DNA from: Oopsacas minuta | Taxonomy: Eukaryota; Animalia; Porifera | Length of the DNA: 64,000 nucleotides | Direction of reading: 5' to 3' | Assembly: GCA_024704765.1 (NCBI GenBank) | Contig: JAKMXF010000110.1 | Location: 310,001-374,000, forward strand | Shown here: piece by piece, positions 11,301 through 23,743 of the stretch | Layout: each line of letters opens with the position of its first letter | How positions within the stretch are numbered: position 1 is the first letter of the stretch | Notes under the pieces: generated by a model | Told to the model about the DNA's origin: nothing | Seen by the model: only the letters and a program-made list of their open reading frames with translations | Database searches by the model: none | Program-made: the position numbers and the translations under genes

Positions 11301-14300
11301 GTTGCACATAGGGCATGATAAATATACTCAATCATAAGTGTTTATTTATAGAAATGATCAGGGAAATCTAATTATTTATATTCCCTTAGAGATCATATAG
11401 GGAGTTATTATTGCAATCAGGTACACTTTGATATTTTTAGCGTATTGGAGTATATCATTTGATAAAATGAACATTAGGCCACTGCTAGTTTGAAACTTGT
11501 TTCAGCTCCACCGCCCGAATCAAGTTTACCTGTCACATGAATATTGTCATTATTTCACCATTTTATCATTGAAATTAAACTACACAATATATTTACTAAC
11601 TAACGGGTGAATAGTAGTGATGGGCATATAGCCGAACCCAGGTGAACTTTGAACCTCAATTATTACTATAGAGTCAGAAGATGGTCAGAAAGGAGGTTCA
11701 TTTAGAGGAGCAGTTATCCTTGATAAAGGTCCTCAATGGGATAGTATTGCAAGTGCAAGTGATTGTACACCTAGCTTAACATCAGATGATACACAATTCC
11801 TCGCTGATATACAAACAAATGCTAAGTCTGGACCCTCATTACCTGTTTTGCAGAATATGATATCAACTCCTCCAGTAAATGAAGAGTTCTCTAGTATAGC
11901 TAAACTACAGATATTCAATGTAGCAGGTGACTTATTGCGTATTTAAGTGAATTATGCTATATGAAGACATAAATATGGACTTTTTCAAATTTATTTGTTA
12001 TACAATACATATGATCTTGTGCAAGATTGCTATTTTGTAGAAAATTTTCAAACACTTATTTTATTTATTACTAAAATTATTTTTTAAACTTTTTTGAAGG
12101 TACAATTTAGCCTCTGCGTTTTCAAATGTTAGTTATTTCTTCCTTAATTCCACGAGCTGTATGATAATGATTCTGGATCTTAAGTCAGATATTTATTGCA
12201 TAACTAATTGACTTCTTAGCTTAGACTATCGCAATATTCGTAGTTTACGAATTTAATTATGCAATTGATTACAATCAGTAGCTTAGAATTGTTATGATAT
12301 TTTTCTTACTGATAGGTGTGGATAAAGAAAATAGACCAGTTATAACATTTTCTGCTTGCAGGCTACCAGCAGCAACATCAATCGATCACGACCTACTGTT
12401 CGAGTAAGATATTATATAATTACCTTAGTTACAACATTGTCCATTGGAATTACGTAATGATTGTTGCATAATTAGTTTGTTAATATTCTTTTTTGTGATT
12501 TATCAATTCCTTCTGAGATTAAATAATATTCCAATTTCCCTTCTTAGGCATATGATACACATGTTGGAACATTATGTTGAGAATGATTATACTGTTGTGT
12601 ATTTTCATTATGGTTTGAATTCTGCTAACAAGCCGAGTATACGTTGGCTATGGACAGTTTACAGAGCTCTCGAGAGGAAGTTCGTTTTTGTGTTTCCTGC
12701 ATGAGCGTTGTACTTTACATATTATTATATGAAATTTTATCTATTCTTAGGTATAAGAAAAATTTGAAGCGGCTATACATCGTACACCCTACTAGTTTAA
12801 TAAAACTTGTATTCACATTCTTCAAACCATATATAAGGTAACTGATAATATCTCTAAAGGAGCAGTACATTACCATATAGTATTGTTGATATATGATACA
12901 TTAAACAGCTTGTATGAACTACAGTCAATTCTCGTTGTATCGAAGCTTGAAATATATGTTACTTTGACGGTTTTGGACCATATTTGTACAATTTCAACTT
13001 CGATATGACCGGAGTAACTGTAGTACTAGCTTAGAAAAGTGAATGAAACTATTACCTTATTTCCTTGGAATCCTCTAGAAAATATTACTATGCGAGAAAG
13101 GAATTTTTTTGGGCAAAATCATGAATATTTATTTTATTTTGCCCTTAGAAAATCACATTACGCAAGTGTTTTTGTATAGCTACCCGCTAGGTATAATGGT
13201 ATTTCACTGTACTTTGTTGAATTCCTGCCTGCCCAATAGTGTCAAATTTGGTAAGAAAGTACAATACATAAACCGGATGGAAGAATTGGAAGATTCTCTT
13301 TATCTCTATCAGATAGATATCCCACAGGAAGTTAGAAGGTAATGGAAAATGTAATCAATTTATAAATCATTCAAATTTCTCGATGCTTATTTGTAGAAGC
13401 AAATATACTTTTGGATATTTCTTTATTAGATCAAATCTAATTTGTTACGTCAATGCAGTGTAATACACACTTATTAACATCCCTAATGGTTACGATTAGT
13501 TTAATCTGTAAATACAGTGGACTTATTGTTGATACGATACGCCATGTCTTGCGTAATTTATGAGTAGAATTTATTTTCAATGATTATTCATTCATTAATC
13601 CGGCAAAGAAATACAAATCGGTGATGAACATATTTACGAGTATCTTCTGTACAATATTAGGTATAATGATACTTTAAGGACTGGAAAAGTATCTCGTAGC
13701 TTAACGGATGTTACAAGAGCTGGGGTATACCCTAGGAATGGTGTACAGCCTGTCTCTGATCAGAAAGAGAGACAGTTTGGTATACATCTAGATGTGTAAG
13801 TATTTTATAGGTTACTATAATTCATGGAATATTATAGAAATAATGAATGGTTAATTCGCGATACATTTATATACAACATTTTTCCAATATTGACAAGAAA
13901 TGTTAGTTAGAAATATAGAAGAAAGGAACTATTCTTGCTATGGCAAAACGTTTAATAAGTAATAATTAAATCAATTGCCATTCCAACTATAAACTAGCCT
14001 GCACAATCCACCTGGCCTGATCACCACTGGGATATAGCTACACATGGGGACGTTATCTTATAGGATAACATTTTATTTATGATTTTTCTGTTATGAGAAA
14101 ATGCTGAGTGTCCTGTCTATAATATTATATGAAAATTTGTCAAGTAGAATGCTTCCATACTTCCATATGATTTTGGATTGCAACTGCATTTTGCTTAAAC
14201 TTGTTTTCAGTATCTTTAAGTTGGAACTTACTTTGGAATGTTAGGTTATTTTCCAATATAATTATTTGTTTTCTTGTTTATTAGACTAGTAAACAGACAT

Positions 14301-17300
14301 AAACAACCTATTCCTTATATTATAGAAGATTGTGTCAGATACATTGAATCTGAAGGTAAGTGTAAATTAATTACCAAACTTTCAATTCAGATTTATAATT
14401 TATCGAACTGAAAGGCAGATTCATTATTTGCAGGAATTCCGGCTATACCTATACGTTACCATTTACATATACGTATGTCTCGATTCATTTTCTCAATTTT
14501 CTCTTTATCGATCTTTATTTAAAATTCTAATGAATTGATTCTATCCAATGTATTTCCGGTGGACGAAACATCCTTTCAACTTATATTTCCTTTACGAAAT
14601 ACTGAGGTGATTATAATTAGTGCAATATGTCCGCGGAAGCAAAGCCATGTGCGGTCAGTTAAACTTTGTACACAAACGCTAACATAATTAGTTTTTTCTA
14701 ATCTACATAAAATATGTGAGGGGGATTAGGAAAATACATTCTCTTATTCACCGAAATATCTTTAATTTATTTTGACTGTATTTTAAAGGAAGAATACCTT
14801 TGTTTAATGCAATTATAACTATTAATACGTTTCAATAACTCGTGTTATAATTCAGAATTTGTTTATCTGGCTTTGGCTAAGGAGTTTTGCATGATAGCGA
14901 TAGTATAATCTTCTTCTGATTGAAATTAGTATAATTTGGGGTTAGAATTTTGCTTTCAATCAGTGGTCGATTTCTTAAAACTCATTCGAATAATATGAAT
15001 TATTACAAATGAATAAATTTAGTTTGATAATCATTTGATTATTTACTGTGTTGTATCGCATTATTTATACATTCTTTGTTGATTTACTTGAAATAAACAC
15101 CTATTTATGTACGAATTATTTATGTTTAAGCAAAATTACAACTATACAATAGACGATTTACCGTCAATTCTATAGTTTGTATTATAAAATTTCTTTCCGG
15201 CTGAATTTCATGTGATTAATGCAAATATTTGAACTTTTACTTTCTGAATATTTATTTATTAACAAGAAGGTATAATCCATCAGTTTAGCATAACAAATCC
15301 AGATATAGTCACAGAATTTGCCAATTTGTTGTTCACGTGGTTAAGAATTGTAAATCCAAATAGGGATGGCTATATTTTGTTCTGTGTATTTCCTTAGCTG
15401 GCTTAGCATATGATTATATTAAATAACAATACTTATGGACGCAATTCAAATGGTGAACACATTGGAAATCACATTATTAATACTTTTAGATTATGAATTT
15501 TCTAGCGAATTTTAAGCCATAGGCGTACACGGTATAGCGTCGTATCGCTTTACAGAACTGGCAAAGTATGCGATAGTAAATCTGGTATAGTGGAGTTCGC
15601 CTAATAGCAAGTTTTTCAAGGACTTAGAGTCCATTTGGGATTGGAAATAATACCTCTAATAGCAAATTCGAGTAGAGAAATGGAAATTCGTGCAAAAATA
15701 CGACTTGCTAATATGCGAAATCCACAGTATAGGAATTCTTCTCCCGATTAAATATATTCTGCCAAGTAGATTAATTCAAAATCATCTCTCTTAATAAACA
15801 AGTTGTATCTGTAAAATAATTCTAAGAGAATGAGACATCTCTTAGAATATTTTATGTATCATTTTAAAATAGAATTGATAACTATAGAAATCTTGAAAAT
15901 ACAGCAAAAACAACTGACATCACATCCACAGGTCTACTATATCTCTAATTTTTTTCAGAATTCAATTGCTTAATCTAATTGATACTTGAAATAACTTATT
16001 CAAAGGGAAATACAGCCAAATTTAATAAATTCTAAATACACAATCTCAAATTAAACGGTTTCTTCAGGGAAACCTTTACAGAGAAAGTAAGATGTTCCAT
16101 AAATTAATTAATTTTACTCACAAAAATAGTGAGTTAGTTTCTATGTTTTGTTTTATCTATTAATTACTTTTGAGAATTTCTTTGATAATACTTATAGCGA
16201 CGTGTTCCATTGTAATAATATTACGTATAGGTTTCATCGCGACTAGATTCTACTCTACGCTGTAACCGCTCTGGTATTCAATATGCGAATGATAACTTTA
16301 TTAGTAAAATAAAAATTAATGAGTATTCAAGTGTTTTTGGTATTTTTTGCATTTGATAATTGTGAATAAACCTATCAAATACAAATCTTATTGAGCTTCA
16401 AATTTATCTCTTGTTATGAAATCTTTTGAGTGTTTGTTCGTTAAAGATTCTGTTTTATTTCTTTACATTCATAACTCTAATATTGTAGGATTACAAACAG
16501 TAGGAATATTTAGAAGAGGGCCTGGACAAGCTATTATTCAACAAGTAAAAGCAAAAGCAAATCTAGGTATATTGTTAATAAACTATTCCGGTATTTTATT
16601 TGGGTCATAGATTCTCTATTTTCTGTGGATCCCTCCCATGCAAAGGTTTACCATTAATATTTGTTACTATTTTTTGGGGATATTAATAGTTCAAATCTGC
16701 ACTACTGATTTTGTGGGCAGAACTCATAGATATGATTTTATACATTTTTTGAAATTGATAATAACACTAAACATCAATGAAAATAACGCTTAAGAAATAC
16801 ACTTATTTACATTTATTTGTTGTATTGTACAGTTTAGAAAATTGTTGAATTACATTCTTGAACTGTAAAACTGAAAATCACCTCCACAATATGAAGGTTT
16901 ATATTTAATTGTAAAGTGAAAGGGGCTAATATAATCTGTTAAATATGTTATATGAAATGATTATTTTCAGTTTATTACCAAAATGAAATTTTACAGATAA
17001 TATGAAATTTGGGAAACCAAAAAGGTGTTCATAATATAGAGGGACGCCATAATAAACTCATTCAATATACAGTAAAACCTTCAGTCAGTGAACTCCCTGG
17101 GGGCCAGCCAAATTGTTCATATACGTGAAGTGTTCACTTTTCATTACATCGTGCGTAGCAATGGAAAACAGTAAACTAATTTTGTCCATAAAAACGTGTC
17201 TGACTGTATTTTGTTTGCTTAATTAATATAAACTATCCATATTTGGTAACTTAAATCGAGAAAAAAGCTCATTAAAACCACTGTTAGTTGTTTGAGTGGA

Positions 17301-20300
17301 AAACTGGAAATATTGTATATTTTGGGATTAATTCAAGTTTCAACCATACAGCCTAAACAATGAACTATCTTACGATATAATTGTTCTACAAAATATGAAA
17401 GTCCCCTTTAAACTGATCTAGAACTAATTCACTAATTTGTCTGGCCGGTACAATAATACATGAATCGTAACTCTGTATTAGGACTGATAGTATAGCTTTC
17501 ATACCAATGTTATGTTTAAATAACTTAGAAATGTGATACTTCGCGAATTGTATTAACTAGCAAAAATATAATACTTTCATACTTTTATAGTAATCTTTAC
17601 CGAGAACAAACGTTATTATTAGAATTAATTAAGTTTCTAATTTCAGGTGAACGAATCAATTTTAAAGAAATCGGAGATGTCCATCTAGCTGCTGTTCTAA
17701 TTAAAATGTTTCTCCGCGAAATGCCAGAGCCTTTACTAACACAAGAATTGTACGAACCAATGAAAACAATACATGGTAAGTTTTCCACCAGAAAGCTAAC
17801 ATTATCTATTATTATCTAGAATTCTGCATGTACATTATATAATGTTGAATACAAATACACGATAACTCATAGTTTCTGAGTAATACACTAAAATGTGTTC
17901 TTTCTACGGAGAACATAATAAATAATCAGCTGTTGATATTATTGAGTATTGGCTACCTAAAAAGCTACTATAGCCTATAAATTAATAAACTATGAAATCT
18001 GCTATAAGCGGCCAGTGATCTGACGGATAATATGAAGCGTATATCATAGACTTAACGTTTTCAGGGGTTTTAAAAAATCCTGATACTTCTAGCTTGTTCC
18101 CAGTATACCATATATAGTCCAATGTACTTTCATTGAGATCTCCGTCTGGGTTTACCCATTGGCAGGTATACTCTGGCTCTTTGATCTCTCCATATACGCT
18201 TTTGACTGGTATAACAGTCTGATTAGACATGTATTTGTAGCTTGGTTCTTCAGGGATATAATTAAAATCTCCTGCTATAATTATGTCATCACAATTAATA
18301 CTTTTTAATTTGTTAATTAAATCCTTTGACTGTGCTAGTCTTATTTCGTGTTTGTCGAGCATAGCTTTCAAATGTGTAACTGCAACTGTTATCCGTCTAG
18401 ATGTTGTTATATGCTCTAGCTCTGCGCTTAGAAGTACTTGGTTAGATGCCCTATTGAGCTCGTTAAGGAGAACGTATTCATGTTTCTCTAAGAACCTTAA
18501 GAAATACAGGTTAAATAAGGTAATACTCGGATAAGACGTACACTCGATAGTACGTACTACTTTTGTTTCCTGAATTGATACGTCTTATCCGAGTTCTACT
18601 GTAATCCAGAAAAAATATTTCTGGGATGTAAAAAGGAAGAAAAAATATCAATACCTAAGGTTACCTTTACTTACAATACATGACACCTCGAGAATTAAAC
18701 AATAAAATATATCGTCGTATGGTTAAATATTTATTTTCGCAGGTCGTTGGTTATTATTTCAGGTTAATCACTGCTCATAATTATATCATTAAATTTAGTG
18801 CAACTTAATGGAATAAAATGTAATTAATATTAACCCATTTGGCATAATTAATTATTTTTAATGAGTCATAAATTTACTAATCTATTATTGGAAATAATTA
18901 CAGTCATCTCGGTAATTACTTCGAAATAAACATAGTTTGATATCCTATGAATGTATGATACTTTGACGTTTTTGGGCCATATTTATACAATATTACACTT
19001 CGATATATCCGTGTTCTATATAATGGAAGTTATCTGTAATTAATTAATACCTGAATACTGTTTCTCTATAAAACAAAGCACATCCGCACGGTCCGATATT
19101 GTCAACCTGTTCCAGACACGGACTGTTCATTTTTGGTAAGAATTCCCCTACGAATCCCTGACCACTTAGAAATGGCTTAAAAAAGTCATAGAAGAGATCT
19201 GCTTCCTGAAGACATATTATATCAGGTTGATAGGCTAACAACTCACGCTGAAACAGAGGGACTCTTTCCTTTATAGGCTTAACTATGTCTGTACCCATTA
19301 ATGCTTGTGCTAAGACATTCCATTGTAACAGCCTAAAGGCATTATCACCAATCTCTTTATTACGAGATATGTAGACCCTGCAAGGAATTTCTTTTGTTGA
19401 TTTTCCTATCAGTTCTTTCGCATACTCACTTGCTAGCACTTGACAGGCTGTAGTCAATAATTGTTCTCGTGAAATTCCGCAGAATCGCCTGTGAAAATCA
19501 GCAGCAGGTATATGAGGATTTTCCTTCTGAATAACTTCCCCAGCTGTAATCTCATAGCCCGTATCTCTTAAATGATAACTCTTAGAAGTATCAGATTTTG
19601 CTTTTTCCATAAATTCCTTTGGTACAGAAATACATTGTGAGAAAGTATCTAGCTTAATACGATTGTGTGGGTCATCTATAGCAACACAACCTACATCGAA
19701 ATATGCTCCCGGTGATATCTCTGTAATGAAATTCTCAATTGAAACAGCTATACGTGAACTCCGTGGGTGAGAGAAGTATTGATTCCTGAGGTGACGGATA
19801 CGCCCCCATGCTCCTTCCCTCCCTGCCTCGAAGCCTATTGGCTGTGCAGCCACCTGATCTGGTATTGATATTCCCTCACATAGAACATTCTCGAATATTC
19901 TAGAAAACCCTCTTTTAACAGCTGCTATCTTTAAATCTTTTGTAGATGTAACTACTATTTCCATTGATCCAAGCTAATTACAGAAATCACTTAATACAGC
20001 CATCTCCTTCCGTTATAATGAAGCTCAAGGGGATCGAGATAATTACTTCGATCCCGTGAAATTTATGTTACTTTGACTGGGGACCATATTTGTACAATTT
20101 CAGACTTCGATATAACAGGAGTTGGATGTATACAGCCTTTTGTTAATGTGCTAAACTATATTGTCATTCAAATAATAACAGAAGAGCAAACTTTCAATTA
20201 ACACATAGTCATTGCAATATAGCTAGATTTGTTATTTGTAAGTTACGAGACTGTACTGTTGTTTATGAAATCTGATAAATTGTATAATTAAAGCTGTCAT

Positions 20301-22430
20301 CAATGATCTAAAGCCTCATAAAGGAAATTCCAATTCATGAGGATATAATTAAGGCCTCCATTTTAATGATAAAGTGCTCCAAGATTTCCTCCAATGCAAC
20401 GATGCGAGGTGGCATACATTTCATCATAATTATTGTATCATTATTTTATTACACAATTCTTTATGGACAATACAGTAAACATATAATGAAGTGCAAGACC
20501 CAGGTTCCATAAGCTCAGTAAAATCAATTATTCTCAAGCTGTAAGGGGTAAAGAATCACTTTCGTTATAATGGGAGTTTACCGTTTTTAGTAAGCTTTTT
20601 ATTACACCATTCAATATTTAGTAGAACATTCTTGCAATGTACTGTGACTGATCGATAGTCTGTGTATATATGCAGGTTAATACTGAAATTATTTCCATAG
20701 TTGTAAGTATATCCTGTTGGTGGAGTTGACAAAAGTTTTCTAATGAATTATACATGAATTGTGTGATAGTAAACAAACTTTAATCCAGCAAAACATTTAA
20801 TTTCGAAACTTCCCATCTGTTTATAATTTAGTTTGTGCTTTCATTATTCCAAATAGCTTACTATAATGATTAAAATAATATTTACGTATTCAAAAATTCT
20901 CCCTTACTGTCATCAGAATTTCATATCAAAACATGATACTATATATAATTACGTAATACTATAATACTTAATGTTATTTTATGAGGAAACGTTTAAAGTT
21001 TGACTTACCCATTTGATCATTTATTATATTTGTAAGATATTTACAATCCTTACTTTATTTAAAATTATATATTTCTAACTGTGAATTTGTATTTCCAGTT
21101 TGTCAGATTAATTTTGGGTATTTTATATTGTTAGCAAATTACACATTAAAAATGGTCAAATATTTTTTCGTCTGCAATTTTCATGTAAATTGACATTTGT
21201 TGCGTATAATTCACCCCAGTTAATATTTTATCTTAACCTTATTTAGAGCTAGAAGCAGAGGAGAAAATACAGAGAGCAAAAGAATTGATTGGAACATTGC
21301 CGTTTATGAATTTAGAACTATTGAAATATGTCCTCCGCATCCTTACAAAGGCGAGTTGAATCTTGTAGCGTCGACTCTTATGCACAAACAAGTAGATATT
21401 AAATCAGTATTTGTGTGCGTAAAACAAACTCGTTAAAGCCAGTTAATTTCAACTTCCTGGCTATTATTCAATACGATGAAGGGTACATCTACTTAATATA
21501 CGCGACCTTTTCAAATTAATTCCAAAACTAACTGATTCTTTCGACTTAAATATTATTCTTATGTGTATTGATTAAAAGTAATCACACAAATTTTGATTAT
21601 TTAAGGATGAAACGTGTATGTACTTTCGCTACGAAACTATTCGCCGTAGGACATACGTTAGTGTGACAGTTTGGGACAATATTGACACAAAATATTAGTG
21701 ATTTCACCCAGAAAATTAAGCAAAACATATGAATAACTATCATCTATGTTTATATTTAACTATTCAGTGATTTACAAGTAAAAAAACTCAAATTACCGTC
21801 TATGCCGGACTTAAATTTTGCCAAATTACTTTTAGTGGATTATTGGAATTACATTATTCTACTAAATATACATTTTAGCAAAGAAAGATAAAATTGAATT
21901 TTACTAATCTTGTTATACATTTTAAATGTCAAAATCAAATTATACGACCTGTTTACTCCTAATTAACAAGTGGAAGCTAATTTCCAGGATGATTTTGAAG
22001 TGTGAAAATATGATTAATCATATGATTAATCAGCGTATATATATTTAATAGAATATATTGACCAATAAAATTTCAGTTTATAAGTTTAAATAATAAATCA
22101 TATTTTTATAAAAATTCGTAATTTTCTTGTTAACAAATCTGAATATATATATATGTATAATATATATATATGTATAATATATATATATGTATAATATATA
22201 TATAATATCAAACTTTATACCAGATCATAATTTTTGATAAATTTTCGTATTCTTAGGTAATAGCTAACGAAGATACCAACAAAATGTCTGCTTTAAATCT
22301 AAGCATTGTGTTCGGACCTAACATAATTTGGTCATCAACAGATTCTGCAAGTTTAACTACATTAAATTATATCAATGCGTTTGCATTTCTTCTACTGACA
22401 CAGCCTGAAGATATTCTTCCTCAAGATTAG
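8312..22430 (+). CDS. ARHGAP1: SH3 + BCH/CRAL-TRIO + RhoGAP protein, ARHGAP1/ARHGAP8 (p50RhoGAP) family; 13 exons, about 595 aa
   Basis: Exons 8312-8639, 9780-9887, 11672-11926, 12316-12403, 12548-12679, 12751-12837, 13240-13338, 13661-13795, 14285-14355, 16489-16566, 17647-17775, 21247-21350, 22257-22430 join in frame (1788 nt). BCH motifs: VITFSACRLP, YVENDYTVVYFHYGLNSANKPS, YKKNLKRLYIVHPT, KFGKKVQYIN. GAP motifs: GIFRR (Arg finger), MFLREMPEPLLT, NKMSALNLSIVFGPNIIW. N-terminal SH3-like segment AIQEYSAD...DDVIYV...GTWCKG...IPYNV. Confidence 0.9.
12922..13020. mobile_element. MITE family A (TIR CAGTCAACTCC), internally deleted copy in ARHGAP intron
   Basis: ta|CAGTCAATTCTCG ... CCGGAGTAACTG|ta with family core gttactttgacggttttggaccatatttgtacaatttca. 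Confidence 0.75.
17982..19964 (-). CDS. Fusion of a PRRC1/YjjX-type (non-canonical purine NTPase fold) domain and a nocturnin-type EEP phosphatase; exons 19964-19051 and 18495-17982, 475 aa; nested antisense in ARHGAP intron 11
   Basis: N-half MEIVVTSTKDLKIAAVKRGF...QPIGFEAGREGAWGRI...VSIENFITE...YFDVGC aligns by eye with the PRRC1 C-terminal domain. C-half QWNVLAQAL, PDIICLQE, KMNSPCL...GPCGCALFY, AVTHLKA, AGDFN, TLDYIWY, YPSDH is nocturnin-like. The phase-2 intron ag|gtatt...cttaag|g joins the two ORFs in frame. Confidence 0.9.
18519..18601. mobile_element. MITE family C (TIR CAGTAGAACTCGGATAAGAC) in the intron of the fusion gene
   Basis: Inverted ends tactcggataagacg ... cgtcttatccgagttctactg|ta; related copy at 29479-29619. 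Confidence 0.65.
18901..19036. mobile_element. MITE family A, degenerate copy next to the splice donor of the fusion gene
   Basis: ta|CAGTCATCTC ... GGAAGTTATCTG|ta with the family A core (tactttgacgtttttgggccatattt, cttcgatatatccgtgttc). Confidence 0.7.
19997..20128. mobile_element. MITE family A copy 32 bp upstream of the fusion-gene ATG
   Basis: ta|CAGCCATCTCC ... GGAGTTGGATG|ta; core aagctcaaggggatcgagataattacttcgat and gttactttgactggggaccatatttgtacaatttcagacttcgatata. Confidence 0.75.
22142..22208. repeat. AT-rich short tandem repeat (about 17-bp unit aatatatatatatgtat)
   Basis: Directly visible; about three full units plus a partial one, in the last ARHGAP intron. Confidence 0.8.
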
Positions 22431-22589
22431 TTCTCCATTCCTGTTTTAATCTGATTTTATGCGTATTTTGGTGTGATTCATTTCTTGGACATATGGAAAG
22501 TTGTATTGGTCTGCTCCAGTATTTGTGTATGTGTTTAATTTTAAGGCTATTAAAGAGATAATTATATTACCGAAACCTCATTGTTAATA

Positions 22590-22713
22590 CAGTGGATGCC
22601 GGTTATAAGAGTAACAAAACATGTTCTTATAACTGGCAAAATATACAGGAATATGTACAGTTTTCCAGACCATTGTGCTTATATCCAGTGTTCTTATATA
22701 TCAGGCATCCACA
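22590..22713. mobile_element. MITE family B (TIR CAGTGGATGCCG)
   Basis: ta|CAGTGGATGCCGGTTATAA ... GGCATCCACAG; related copies at 27160-27282 and, inverted, 43861-43989. Confidence 0.7.
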
Positions 22714-23743
22714 GTTTAGATTATTGAATTCACTAAAAAGTAATTGAGAATTTTCTCAATACACAGCGCATAAAAATTGTAGAACTTACTGGCTGTTACA
22801 TAACATACTCCAATATTGAACATTTTGAACTATAAACATAGAGAATTGCACTTCTCCATGAAAACGAGGTAGAATTCTTTCCACAGAAACTCAAATCATT
22901 TCCAAAGGCTTTATATGTTTATTTTCTTTACCGGTAGCCAGCTAATTATTCCTATTCTCAATATTTGCAGAAGTAAAATAAATGATACCTTAATATTTTG
23001 TTGAGCAATATTGAACAATTGTTTGTCCGAACGACGTTAATCGAATTAATATTATCTCAATGTATCTAAATTGGAATTACCCTCAGCCAATTCTAACTGC
23101 TAATCTAAAACACTTACGGAAGTTTTGAAACATTTACAATAAGCAAATTGGTAAGTAACCTGCTAACAATATGATTGCTATTCTAATGAGTTGTATTAAT
23201 CCCAAGATTCTTGGATTATCCCCAGTACAATTATTACACATGTATTCGCGGAGGACATATCTATTGAACCTTTTAAACATATCCTTTTTCCTAAACTTCA
23301 ATTCATTATCATAATTAGATTCGATATAAATCAATTGGGAATAAAATTATAATTTGTATAGCAGGGGAATTTCTTTGGATCAAGTTTTACAAGAGCAACT
23401 TGAGAAATATTTATCTGCAAACTGTCCTGAGAAATTCCCATCGTACACCACACGCACGCACGTAGCACTAACATGCTAAAATAATTTTGTTGCTAATAAC
23501 TCGTAAACATTGTGGAATTTGAGGACACGACACATATTACGTCAAACATATACAAAGTAATTACTTTCAATTCTTAGGTAAACATCCATATTTAATTCTA
23601 AGAATATCAATATTGAAAGTGGTAAAATGGTACTAGTAGACTCAATTAATATAGTTCTGATTCTATACAAAAGTATAAATAGATTGATTTCTTTTGAGAT
23701 TAACATTAACTAAGCATACAACAAATTTAATACACAATTCAAA

